From contig DAIF01000014.1 of assembly GCA_002496015.1 (NCBI GenBank), positions 891-64,890 on the forward strand: a stretch of DNA of 64,000 bases, in the 5' to 3' direction. The stretch comes from Candidatus Pacearchaeota archaeon UBA73. GTDB lineage: Archaea > Nanobdellota > Nanobdellia > Pacearchaeales > GW2011-AR1. Below the pieces are notes generated by a model, which saw nothing but the letters and a program-made list of their open reading frames with translations, was not told the origin of the DNA and made no database searches. Both the position numbers and the translations under genes were made by a program. Shown in pieces: positions 26,172 to 35,098 of the stretch; positions within the stretch are counted from its first letter, which is position 1, and each line of letters begins with the position of its first letter.

Positions 26172-27954
26172 CAGCCCGCTTAGCTTTCTCTCTTCTAATA
26201 AAACCATTAACCTGTTCAGGCAACCTATTCAATGGATAATGCTCTCCATCGTATGGAATCAATCCCCTAAAAGAAGGCATTACTCCCAAAACTTGCTCGA
26301 TTTCTTGTCTGGCAATTTCTCTGTAAGAATCAGCTCCAGCAGGCTGCGTTCTCAAACCAGCTTCATAAAAACACTGCGTCGGATCTTTCGTCACAACATG
26401 CCTTATCGTATTTGCCATAACAGGAACATATTCCGCAGCCTCGTGATAACCCGCAAGTTTCAAATCGTCTGACAATGCTCTTACTCTTTCCATCAAACTC
26501 CTGAACATATCACCCAACTCCATCTCCCCAATTTCCGACCTCATGTGAAAACCGGTTACAGTATACGGTCCTAGCTGTTGTCTATCTCCCCTCTGCCTCT
26601 GCAAATCTCTCATCGCCCCAATATCATAATTCCTCTCGAAAGTAAATGTCCCCACTTCCGCAACTTTCGAAAACAAGTCATGACTTCTCATCCCGGCAAC
26701 ATACCCCTCCGCAATTTTTCTGCGTTCAGAAAAATCAAGCCCCCTGACACGTTTCCTCAAATTCTCAAAAGAAACACTGCCGTCAGAACCATGGAACAAA
26801 ATACTCGCTAAAATTAAATCCTCAATGTCTGGAGTATGCGCAATCAGTTTAGACTCTAACGACATCTCTCCATAAGGAACAGATGGATTGTGAGGTTCCC
26901 CGATAAATTTTTCAAACAAAACTCTCTGCCTTTCAGATTCGGAAGCAACAAACTCGCTCGGCCCGCCATACTTCATCAGCGTCGGAGAAATCTTCATCGC
27001 TTCAATCTGCGCAGCCTTCCCCAAAACTCTCAGTTCAGCTAATTCAGATGACTGCCACTCAGTCAGCATATCCTGAAATCTCCTTGTGTTCAAAGTTATC
27101 CCAAGAGAAGTCGTCATATTCTGCGGTAGCAAAGACCTCGCCAAATCAAACGCTTTCTCGGCTATCGCTTTCTCCCAAGCCCCGCCAGGCAATCTTGCAT
27201 AAGGGTCTTCTAATTCCCTTTGTATTTGCCTGTCTGCCTCATCACGCAAATGCGCATACTTCAAAGCAAGAAATCTCTTGCCTTTTTCAAAAACCTCGTC
27301 GTAAAGTGCAAATAATTCTCTATCAAGCGCAAGCATCTTTTCTTCATACCCCGTTCCCCGAATCTCAAAGGGCACTCCAACGCTATTAACCGAAGCCACC
27401 GTTGCCCTAGTTGAAATTTCTTGATAAGCTCCTTCCCGCGCTTTCTCTAAGGGTTTTGTAGCTCTCTGACTAACTCCTTCCATACAAATTCTAATGACTC
27501 CGGAATCCCTCAAAGAAGCGTGTCCATAATCAACGCCATACTCTTTTATCCATTTTCCGGCTCTAGCAAGATGTGCCTCGAGCGCTCCCCGAATGTCTCC
27601 TTGTCGCCGAATCATTTCAGCAAATTCTTCTAAATCCAAAACCCTGCCGCTTTCGTCTTTTTCCTTAACATCCCTAAAAAGCTGCAGCAATCTATCCCGT
27701 GCAGTTACATTGCTCCGCGCATACTGCCCCATCAACAACGCCCACAATTCTCCAGGCATGTTATCAGTCGCGCAATAAACATTCGACTCCGTATTGGTAA
27801 AGAAATACCCTAAAACAGTTCTCTCGTCGTCACTATAATCCCTTCTTCCCCGAAACTTCCCAATCCCGCTAAATCCGGGTCTCACACTGTCGCCGTCAAA
27901 AAACCGCGCAAACAATTTATTATCACCATCTCTTAACAAAACCATTCCGAACAA
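26164..27954 (-). CDS. Tandem-domain ThyX-like (flavin-dependent thymidylate synthase family) protein with altered motifs
   Basis: AFDLARSLLPQNMTTSLGITLNTRRFQDMLTEW matches the ThyX C-terminal AR..LP...T...T.N.R consensus. EKAREGAYQEISTRA aligns with RHRIASYNELSGRY, with RHR replaced by KAR. A second weaker copy (LQRQRGDRQQ; ANTIRHVVTKD) lies in the C-terminal half. The protein is 596 aa and GC-rich. Confidence 0.4.
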   Translation of the reverse strand: MFGMVLLRDGDNKLFARFFDGDSVRPGFSGIGKFRGRRDYSDDERTVLGYFFTNTESNVYCATDNMPGELWALLMGQYARSNVTARDRLLQLFRDVKEKDESGRVLDLEEFAEMIRRQGDIRGALEAHLARAGKWIKEYGVDYGHASLRDSGVIRICMEGVSQRATKPLEKAREGAYQEISTRATVASVNSVGVPFEIRGTGYEEKMLALDRELFALYDEVFEKGKRFLALKYAHLRDEADRQIQRELEDPYARLPGGAWEKAIAEKAFDLARSLLPQNMTTSLGITLNTRRFQDMLTEWQSSELAELRVLGKAAQIEAMKISPTLMKYGGPSEFVASESERQRVLFEKFIGEPHNPSVPYGEMSLESKLIAHTPDIEDLILASILFHGSDGSVSFENLRKRVRGLDFSERRKIAEGYVAGMRSHDLFSKVAEVGTFTFERNYDIGAMRDLQRQRGDRQQLGPYTVTGFHMRSEIGEMELGDMFRSLMERVRALSDDLKLAGYHEAAEYVPVMANTIRHVVTKDPTQCFYEAGLRTQPAGADSYREIARQEIEQVLGVMPSFRGLIPYDGEHYPLNRLPEQVNGFIRREKAKRAVK

Positions 27955-28043
27955 AAAATAAAATACTATTTAAACATCATTCCGAACAAAACCATATTTC
28001 CAATTATCATAATCTTTTATAATCTCCAAAATAAAACCTTACG

Positions 28044-28721
28044 ATGAGGAAAAGAGGACACCAATACAAAGGATTTCTTGCACACTTCGACGGCCCAGAC
28101 GGAGGCGGCAAAGGAACTCAAATGGACTGGGCAGAAAAATATCTTAGAAACAATGGATACGTGGTCAGTAGATTCCGCGATCCCGGTGGAACGGAAGTTG
28201 GAGATCAAATTAGAAGAGTTCTACTTCACCTCGACACCAAAGAAATGAAACCTGAAACTGAAGTATTCTTATTCATGGCTTCAAGAGTTCAATTGGTCAG
28301 AGAAAAAATCCAGCCAGCGCTAGAAAGAGGCGAAGTAGTCTTATTAGACCGATTCGTAGACGCCACGCGCGCATATCAAGGAACTGCAGGCAAGGTCCCT
28401 GTGAAATACATAGACCAGCTCGCAAAACTCGCAACAAACCACCTCTCACCAGATAGATCTTATTTCCTAGACGTTCCTGCAGAAACGGGGCTAAAGAGAA
28501 TTGATAGAGAAAAAGATAGGATAGAGAGTAAGGCGTTAGAATACCATCAAGCAGTTAGACAAGGATTCCTTAAGATTGCAGCAAGAGAACATGGAAGAGT
28601 CCTAGTCTTAGACGGAACACAAGATCCTAAGGTTATCCACCAACAAATCGTTAACGACTTAGAAACTCGCCTAACAAAACACCAGCAAGTATACCGGCTG
28701 CTCAGGACAAGCCAAGATTAA
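28044..28721 (+). CDS. tmk: Thymidylate kinase
   Basis: P-loop [12 protein letters not shown], the [12 protein letters not shown] (DRY-like) motif and a LID region. Confidence 0.9.
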   Translation: MRKRGHQYKGFLAHFDGPDGGGKGTQMDWAEKYLRNNGYVVSRFRDPGGTEVGDQIRRVLLHLDTKEMKPETEVFLFMASRVQLVREKIQPALERGEVVLLDRFVDATRAYQGTAGKVPVKYIDQLAKLATNHLSPDRSYFLDVPAETGLKRIDREKDRIESKALEYHQAVRQGFLKIAAREHGRVLVLDGTQDPKVIHQQIVNDLETRLTKHQQVYRLLRTSQD

Positions 28722-29266
28722 TCCTCCAACAACACAGCAACCGCAACCACCGTCGTCCACATTCCATCCTTGTTCCCTTCAGCAGACTGCGTAAGCTCCA
28801 TCGTCCTAAGAATTTGCCCGCTGGTTTTGTAAACCTGTTCGCGCTCGTCCCACGCCTTATCAGAATCAAACTCAATTCCCAAGGTCGTCGCAAGCATCGT
28901 CGCAGCCAAATCCTCCGCATACTCCCCGGATTTTTTAGCAGTCTCTCCAAAAGCATGATGCTCCGATAGATAACCATAATGATTCGCCCTGTCCTTCGGA
29001 ATTGCAACCCCAATTGCCGCGCTCACCAACCTATTTGGTTCATTTGTCTCGCTCCTTGCCATAACACAAAATGTAATCTGCCCTGCTTTCAAACACCTCA
29101 ACCCTTCCTCCTTAGAAATAATCTTGCAGTCTGGAGGCAAAATCGAAGATACATAAACCAAATTGCACTTTTCAATTCCCGCATTCCGCAAAGCCAGTTC
29201 AAAAGCCTGAAGTTTGTTCTTATGCACCCCAACGCCTTTCGTCAGAAACATTCGTTTTGGAACCAT
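28718..29266 (-). CDS. pdaD: Pyruvoyl-dependent arginine decarboxylase
   Basis: [38 protein letters not shown] is the PdaD signature. It converges on tmk with a 4-nt overlap. Confidence 0.8.
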   Translation of the reverse strand: MVPKRMFLTKGVGVHKNKLQAFELALRNAGIEKCNLVYVSSILPPDCKIISKEEGLRCLKAGQITFCVMARSETNEPNRLVSAAIGVAIPKDRANHYGYLSEHHAFGETAKKSGEYAEDLAATMLATTLGIEFDSDKAWDEREQVYKTSGQILRTMELTQSAEGNKDGMWTTVVAVAVLLED

Positions 29267-29319
29267 CGAATCTTGAATAAAAAATAAATCTTTTTAAAAC
29301 TTTCCACACTTAAAACAAG

Positions 29320-30093
29320 ATGGAACACCAGTATCTAAAAAACATCAAACCCGGAATAAAAGTAGAAATACTCACAAGCCAACATCGAATCTCGACTGGG
29401 ATCGTGGAGGAAATAGCGGCAAGGAACCATTTCCACAAGGACGGCATAATGGTCCGCCTCAAAAACGGCGACGTGGGACGCGTCCAAAAAATCCTGCTGA
29501 CAGAACAACAGCAAAACGACATCGCCGCGCACGAACTAAAAGAAATAATCAAAAAAGGAGAAAACTTCAGCACCGAGTTCAAGTCAGAAGCACTCTGGAG
29601 TATAACTCTCAATCCCCAACAACTAAAAGAAACAAAATCATTTGAAATCCGAGAGTATGGCACACGTGCCTCAAAAATCATCATCGCAAAATCAATCGCC
29701 GCATTCATGAACTCTGAAGGAGGCAGCCTCGTAATCGGAGTCAAGGAAAAAAAAGAAAAAGAAATATTTGAGCTTCACGGTCTGGAAGAAGACTTCAAAA
29801 AACTTCGAATAAACACAAAAGATGAATATCGCAGAATTGTCATCGACGAAATAATCCGCACTTTCTTCCCGCCCAAAATATTCAACCATCTAAACAATCA
29901 CCTTGAAATGAAATTCGTCGAAATAGAAAACAAAACACTCTTTTGGATAAAGATAAAACCCTCCGATTCAAGGGTATTCCTTAACATAAACAACAAAGAT
30001 ATCTTTATGATTCGCGTTGATTCAGAAAACAGAACTCTCGAAGGGGAAAAACTAGTCGACTACTGCATAAAAAAATGGGGCAATCGCAATTAG
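29320..30093 (+). CDS. DUF2196/YwbE-like N-domain fused to a Schlafen/AlbA_2-type domain protein
   Basis: The N-terminal part is KVEILTSQHRISTGIVEEI...GIMVRLKNGDVGRVQKI. The middle part ENFSTEFKSEALW...ASKIIIAKSIAAFMNSEGGSLVIGVKE matches the AlbA_2 pattern. Confidence 0.45.
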   Translation: MEHQYLKNIKPGIKVEILTSQHRISTGIVEEIAARNHFHKDGIMVRLKNGDVGRVQKILLTEQQQNDIAAHELKEIIKKGENFSTEFKSEALWSITLNPQQLKETKSFEIREYGTRASKIIIAKSIAAFMNSEGGSLVIGVKEKKEKEIFELHGLEEDFKKLRINTKDEYRRIVIDEIIRTFFPPKIFNHLNNHLEMKFVEIENKTLFWIKIKPSDSRVFLNINNKDIFMIRVDSENRTLEGEKLVDYCIKKWGNRN

Positions 30094-30141
30094 ATTCCAT
30101 TGAGAAAATTTTGTATCAGGCGAAGCCGGGGTTCAGTCATA

Positions 30142-30213
30142 TGCGCCGTGCGGGAATTGAACCCGCATCGCCAGCTTGGGAAGCTAGAATCATAACCACT
30201 AGACCAACGGCGC
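30142..30213 (-). tRNA. tRNA-Gly (anticodon CCC)
   Basis: The reverse complement is GCGCCGTTGGTCTAGTGGTTATGATTCTAGCTTCCCAAGCTGGCGATGCGGGTTCAATTCCCGCACGGCGCA. It has a 7-bp acceptor stem, anticodon loop TTCCCAA and T-loop TTCAATT. Confidence 0.85.
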
Positions 30214-30627
30214 GTTTTTCCTTCCAACAAAACTCGTTAAGAATATTAATATTGCGGTTCCATCAGCGACCATGCAAGTCGTGCAGATTTCCCCAAGGAT
30301 AAAAATCTGGACATAAATCAGGTAAAATGCAAAGACTGCTCCCGCGAAAGCAAGCCCCCTAAAAAGCCCGGAAACTCTTCGTCGGCGCAAGTCCCTGACA
30401 AAAACCGAAGATAACACCAAAAAAGAGACAAAACCAAGATAACTAAGTTTTACTCCGAAGATATTCCCATAAATGGAATTCTGGACATTGTCACAATTAT
30501 TGGTATCTCCCACAACGCAAAATCCTGAAAGAGAATTCAGATTGCCATACGACAGGTAGCCAGTCAAAACCAACTCTAAGAAAACTAAACCTGCCAAAAT
30601 TCCAAATACAATTTTCCTATTCGCCAT
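30199..30627 (-). CDS. VKOR (vitamin K epoxide reductase) family membrane protein
   Basis: Multiple TM helices, a CVVGDTNNC pair and a CTTC (CxxC) pair in a TM helix. The last about 15 nt overlap the 5' end of tRNA-Gly on the same strand. Confidence 0.55.
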   Translation of the reverse strand: MANRKIVFGILAGLVFLELVLTGYLSYGNLNSLSGFCVVGDTNNCDNVQNSIYGNIFGVKLSYLGFVSFLVLSSVFVRDLRRRRVSGLFRGLAFAGAVFAFYLIYVQIFILGEICTTCMVADGTAILIFLTSFVGRKNAPLV

Positions 30628-30680
30628 TTTTTATCTTAGGACAACGTTTATAAAAGCCTTATCTTTTTCTGATAGAGCAG

Positions 30681-30755
30681 GATTCCGTAGCTCAGCATGG
30701 TTAGAGCGCTGCTCTGATAAGGCAGAGGTCCTGGGTTCAAATCCCAGCGGGATCA
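30681..30755 (+). tRNA. tRNA-Ile (anticodon GAT)
   Basis: GATTCCGTAGCTCAGCATGGTTAGAGCGCTGCTCTGATAAGGCAGAGGTCCTGGGTTCAAATCCCAGCGGGATCA. Clean cloverleaf with anticodon loop CTGATAA. Confidence 0.9.
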
Positions 30756-30827
30756 TATTTGCCCAGCACGTTTACGCCCTGTAAATTCGACTAAAAGATA
30801 TAAATAGTCTCCTCTTCTGTTCTCTGC

Positions 30828-31811
30828 ATGGAAAAAAAGGTTAAGTTGCCCAAGGACGAATTGGCTCACGACTGGCCGGCGATAGAATGGTGGTACTTCA
30901 ACGGATTTTTGGAAGGAAAGAAAAAATATGCATTCATGACTTGTTTGTTTAAGGCAGACAAGAATAAGGTAAATCTTTCGTTCCTTAGAGTGCCGTTCAG
31001 GACGATTTATTTTGCACACACGTTACTCTATAATCTTTCCAAGAGGACGGTTGAGAAAGAGATTCTGCCGGTGGTCATTGTTTCTGAGGATAGCTTTACG
31101 AAGGAAAAATTGTTTATCAACTATACTTATCTGCTGCGCAAGAAATTCTTCAATTATGAAATAGCGAGGAAGGATTCGGGGATTCATATAAAAACGAGGT
31201 TTTTTGATTTAACCGCGAAAGAAAAGAAGAAACCTCTTCTGGAGGGCGGAAATGGCTATATTGATCTTGGCACGAAGACGACTTATTATTATACTTATCC
31301 GCGTTTGGATGTTGCCGGAACTATTCGGGGCGAGAAGGTTAAGGGTTTAGCCTGGCATGATAAACAGTGGTCTAAGGAAGGGTTTATGCAGGATCATTGG
31401 CTTTGGTTCTCTCTTCAGCTCCCGAATAATCTGGACATCGTTTGTTTTGATTACAAAGGTGTCAGGATGGCTACGATATCTTACGGGAATAACAAGCAGG
31501 AGACAGTACCTGTAGAATTTGTCCAGATTGGGGAAGATTGGAAAAGTCCACATACAAAGATAAATTATTCTCTTTCTTGGAGAATAAAAGTTAAGGATAT
31601 GGTTATAGAAACAAAACCGCTGATTGAAGATTGCGAGATGAATCACGGGTTTATTAGTTATTGGGAGGGTCCGGTGCAGGTGAGTCTTAACGGAAAAAAT
31701 TCTTTTGGATTTATGGAACTTCTTTCTAAGCAGCCGAAGCGGTCGATTACGAAGAAACTTTCTCAACTCGAGGGTTCTGCCAGGCAGACTATCGCTCTCT
31801 GGAGTGGATGA
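30828..31811 (+). CDS. AttH/CrtC-like lipocalin-fold protein
   Basis: HDWPAIEWWYFNGFLEG is the hallmark of the CrtC/AttH N-domain. Confidence 0.45.
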   Translation: MEKKVKLPKDELAHDWPAIEWWYFNGFLEGKKKYAFMTCLFKADKNKVNLSFLRVPFRTIYFAHTLLYNLSKRTVEKEILPVVIVSEDSFTKEKLFINYTYLLRKKFFNYEIARKDSGIHIKTRFFDLTAKEKKKPLLEGGNGYIDLGTKTTYYYTYPRLDVAGTIRGEKVKGLAWHDKQWSKEGFMQDHWLWFSLQLPNNLDIVCFDYKGVRMATISYGNNKQETVPVEFVQIGEDWKSPHTKINYSLSWRIKVKDMVIETKPLIEDCEMNHGFISYWEGPVQVSLNGKNSFGFMELLSKQPKRSITKKLSQLEGSARQTIALWSG

Positions 31812-31833
31812 TAACTTAAGAATTTGTTAGCTC

Positions 31834-32574
31834 TCATTGGATCGTCCAGCCGCCATCAACGACAAGGACTTGTCCAGTTACATAAGAAGCGCCGTCTGAA
31901 GCAAGATATGCTGCTGCGTGTGCGATGTCCCGTGGCGAGCCCCATCTTTTTATCGGCAAGCTCGAGATTAATGCCTGTGAAGATTTTTCATCCATAGAAG
32001 TTGTGCCGGGAGTTTCGATTGCACCGGGAGCGATTGCATTTACAGTTATCCCATTACCTGCTAGTTCGAGTGCAGACGCCCTGACCAATCCATTAACTCC
32101 TGATTTGGAAGCGCAATAGTGCGCCAGATTTGGGAATCCAATAAGAGAAGCAATTGATGAAATTACCACAATCCTTCCGCCTTGCCTCATAACTTTTGCA
32201 GATTCCTGAATCGTGTAGAAAGAACCTTTAAGATTTACGTTAAGCACTTTGTCCCAATCTGCGTCTGACATTTCCAGAAACGGCTTGTAAGGGAAAATCC
32301 CTGCATTGTTTATGAAAATATCCAATGAAGTGAATTTTTTTAGAGTTTTGTCAATCATTGATTTCACATGTTTGCGGTTTGAGACGTCGCAGGCGAGCGA
32401 GAGGATTTTTTCCTTTGGGAATTTTTGTGAGAGCTCTTTTGCGGTTTCGTCGCATTCTGACTGATGGAGGCCGTTGATGACGACGTTTGCGCCGAGTTCA
32501 AGAAAATGTTCTGCGATGCCCTTGCCTATGCCTTGGTTAGAGCCAGTTACGATGGCTGTTTTGTTTGTCAGCAT
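31834..32574 (-). CDS. Short-chain dehydrogenase/reductase (FabG-like)
   Basis: TGSNQGIGKGIA cofactor-binding motif, NNAG, and the S...YCASKSGV (YxxxK) catalytic motif. Confidence 0.85.
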   Translation of the reverse strand: MLTNKTAIVTGSNQGIGKGIAEHFLELGANVVINGLHQSECDETAKELSQKFPKEKILSLACDVSNRKHVKSMIDKTLKKFTSLDIFINNAGIFPYKPFLEMSDADWDKVLNVNLKGSFYTIQESAKVMRQGGRIVVISSIASLIGFPNLAHYCASKSGVNGLVRASALELAGNGITVNAIAPGAIETPGTTSMDEKSSQALISSLPIKRWGSPRDIAHAAAYLASDGASYVTGQVLVVDGGWTIQ

Positions 32575-32621
32575 TTTTCACCTCTTTGTAAACTGTTTTA
32601 AAAGAATAACTAAATTTATAA

Positions 32622-32993
32622 ATGTATCATTTCACAGAGTTTCAAAAGAAGATAGAGAGATTTATTGGTCAAAATGTTGAACGTATAGAGGTATTACGTG
32701 AGGAATCCAGAAGCTATTTAAGAGATGTACACGGGATTAAAATGGACACTAATAAAGTTTATGTACATTTTATCGACGCAAATTACAGGACTGGCGTGGC
32801 GACTATAAGGGACAATTTTTCAAAAGTTATTAATGTGTCTTATCGGGGTATGGATGATCAAGATCGGACTTATGTTTTGCCTCTTGCGGCTGTCTTTAAT
32901 ACTGCCGGTCCCGTTAGGGAATATCTGTCGTCTGCTGAGCAAATGTGTCAAATCCAAACGCCGCCGCCAGGATTTGAACCTGGGGATCCGTGA
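32622..32993 (+). CDS. Hypothetical small protein. The 3' end overlaps tRNA-Ser on the opposite strand.
   Basis: A 123-aa ORF. The last about 35 nt are antisense to the tRNA, so the true C-terminus or the ORF's reality is uncertain. Confidence 0.3.
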   Translation: MYHFTEFQKKIERFIGQNVERIEVLREESRSYLRDVHGIKMDTNKVYVHFIDANYRTGVATIRDNFSKVINVSYRGMDDQDRTYVLPLAAVFNTAGPVREYLSSAEQMCQIQTPPPGFEPGDP

Positions 32994-33041
32994 GGAAACG
33001 AGTTCTCCAAACTCGCGCGGTAACCACTGCGCCACGGCGGC
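32959..33041 (-). tRNA. tRNA-Ser (anticodon GGA), long variable arm
   Basis: The reverse complement is GCCGCCGTGGCGCAGTGGTTACCGCGCGAGTTTGGAGAACTCGTTTCCTCACGGATCCCCAGGTTCAAATCCTGGCGGCGGCG. Anticodon stem CGAGT/ACTCG, loop TTGGAGA, and a type II variable arm. Confidence 0.8.
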
Positions 33042-33226
33042 TTGTCACGCGTGGTGCTTGAGCATTTGCGATTGCGCCACGGCGGCCTATCGAAGTTAGT
33101 TAAGAAGGGTTTTAAAGATTTGTGAAGGCGAAGCATTTATCAATAATATTTGAATAAAGAAGCCTGGTCGTGCTACGACCTCTATTTTTCCAGCGAGGAT
33201 AAGGCTGTGAGCTTTGTAGCAAATAA

Positions 33227-33340
33227 TAATCCAAAGCTCTGTTGAAAAAGTCTGAAACTCGCGTGGCAACAAGCGAGCGCAGCGAGCCGCTATTACCAAA
33301 ACGCCGGCCGCCAAGTCGGGCGTCCAATTTATCTAGACGC
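33227..33340. repeat. Family B MITE-like repeat copy
   Basis: It starts AAGCTCTGTTGAAAAAGTCTGAAACTCGCG, and this 5' portion (about 30 nt) is shared with copies at 41407 and 61721. Confidence 0.55.
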
Positions 33341-33447
33341 GCGCTTCCGACCAATTAAAAAATAGAACTATATTTACAATCTGAAGAGGTTCCCCTAGTT
33401 AATACTAATAAAGGTAAATTTATAAATTTGCATTTTTTCTTTAATAA

Positions 33448-34365
33448 ATGAAGCTCTTGGATTTCATAGTTTTAGCTTTGCTATTTGCGCTGCTAGTCCT
33501 CGGCATGTATATTTTGTGGCTGAACTTTCCAAGCCAGCCAACGGAGTTTGATAGGTATGCCGCAAATTTTTCTTTTGACTTGCCTGAGAGGAGTTCGCAG
33601 TTTCACCTGAATATGAGGTATCCTGACAGGACAATAACTTATTTTATCTCTCAGAATTGCAGCATCAGAAAAACAAACGATTTTATTACGGCGACAAAGT
33701 TTCTCGAAGAGCGAACTATTTTGAGATTTAGGCAATCGGACAGGCCAGATATTCTCGTTACATGTTCGAACATCGCGCCGCAGCCGAATGAAGAAGGACA
33801 TTTTGTCGCGGGAGAGGGAGGACCCTCGGTAATTGTGAATACGACGAGATTTGCAGTAATAATGCTTGGTAGAATCGCGCTTTATCGCACAGAAACGTGC
33901 GACACTCCACAAGTAGCTATACACGAACTTCTACACGCTCTCGGGTTTGACCACAATAACAATAAATCCAGCATAATGTATCCTGTAACAGATTGCAGCC
34001 AAGTGCTGGATAATTATATCCTAGAAGAAATACGCGACTTGTATTTGATACCTTCAGCAGGAGATCTCGTGATAGAAAGGGTGAATGCGAATAAGACTGG
34101 GAGGTATCTCAATTTTGAAGCAGTGATAACGAATTATGGGCTAAAGGATATTGAAAAGTCTCGGCTTAAGGTGATTGTCAAAGGATCAGTCATTGAAGAG
34201 TTTGACACTAATAGTTTGAACATGGGTTCGAGAAAGAGTCTGACTATATCCAACTTGAGAATTCCGGGAGACACTACGAGAGTTACGCTGGCAGTCGAAA
34301 CAGATGAGAATGAAATAGACAAGACTAATAATGTTGCAGAAATAAGACTAGCTGGGGAAAGCTAA
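33448..34365 (+). CDS. Membrane-anchored zinc metalloprotease (HExxHxxGxxH metzincin-like) with a C-terminal CARDB-like domain
   Basis: N-terminal TM helix, HELLHALGFDH zinc motif, and a C-terminal beta-rich repeat (ITNYGLKDIEKSRLKVIV...NVAEI). Confidence 0.65.
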   Translation: MKLLDFIVLALLFALLVLGMYILWLNFPSQPTEFDRYAANFSFDLPERSSQFHLNMRYPDRTITYFISQNCSIRKTNDFITATKFLEERTILRFRQSDRPDILVTCSNIAPQPNEEGHFVAGEGGPSVIVNTTRFAVIMLGRIALYRTETCDTPQVAIHELLHALGFDHNNNKSSIMYPVTDCSQVLDNYILEEIRDLYLIPSAGDLVIERVNANKTGRYLNFEAVITNYGLKDIEKSRLKVIVKGSVIEEFDTNSLNMGSRKSLTISNLRIPGDTTRVTLAVETDENEIDKTNNVAEIRLAGES

Positions 34366-34539
34366 TTTTTCAACCCTTCTTGGATTGGTGTACCTATGTG
34401 CCATAAGTATAACTTCCTGCGCCCAGTTATCCTCGCGTAACGCGGTTCCACTCAAGATAATTGATATAATCTCAGTTTTGACAAAACCGACATGTTAGGA
34501 ATCTTTAAATATGAATTTTACTCAAGATTAAGATAAAAG

Positions 34540-35040
34540 ATGAGTGAAAAAGACCAGGTTTCGAAAGAGAAGTTGGAGCATACAGGAATCTTTGACTTCA
34601 AAGCAATGTATTCTTACGCGCATAGATGGTTTGCTGAGCAGGGATACGGAGTAACTGAAGAGAAATATTCAGAAAAGTCTAAGGGCGATTCCAGAGATTT
34701 AATTATAGAGTGGAAGGTGACAAAAGATTTGTCCGACTATTTCAGGTTTGAATACAAAATCAAATTCGAAATAGAAGGGCTGTCTGATGTCGAGGTCGAG
34801 ATAGATGGGCAGAGAAAACAGATGAACAAAGGCAAGGTAGTTGTAGAGATAACATCTACTCTGGTGATGGATAAGGATGCAAAATGGGAGACTACTCCAT
34901 TTAGCAGGTTCATGAGAGATATTTATAATAAGTATATTGTTCCTTCAAGAGTCGAAGCAATGAGACAGCTTCTTTTAAGCAAAGGTAATGGATTTAAGGA
35001 TGACCTAAAGTCTTTCATGAACCTGGCGGCAAGACGGTAG
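34540..35040 (+). CDS. Hypothetical protein
   Basis: A 166-aa ORF with no recognisable motif. Confidence 0.35.
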   Translation: MSEKDQVSKEKLEHTGIFDFKAMYSYAHRWFAEQGYGVTEEKYSEKSKGDSRDLIIEWKVTKDLSDYFRFEYKIKFEIEGLSDVEVEIDGQRKQMNKGKVVVEITSTLVMDKDAKWETTPFSRFMRDIYNKYIVPSRVEAMRQLLLSKGNGFKDDLKSFMNLAARR

Positions 35041-35098
35041 TTTTGGTCTTGAAACGTTCCATACAAATCTTTATATAATTCTACCAAAGTGTCTTAGC

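Noticed and set aside
26164-27954. Considered calling the 596-aa protein a ribonucleotide reductase or other large nucleotide enzyme because of the neighbouring tmk and MazG
   Set aside because: No RNR motifs are visible. The only alignable segments are ThyX-like, so I kept the ThyX-like call with low confidence.
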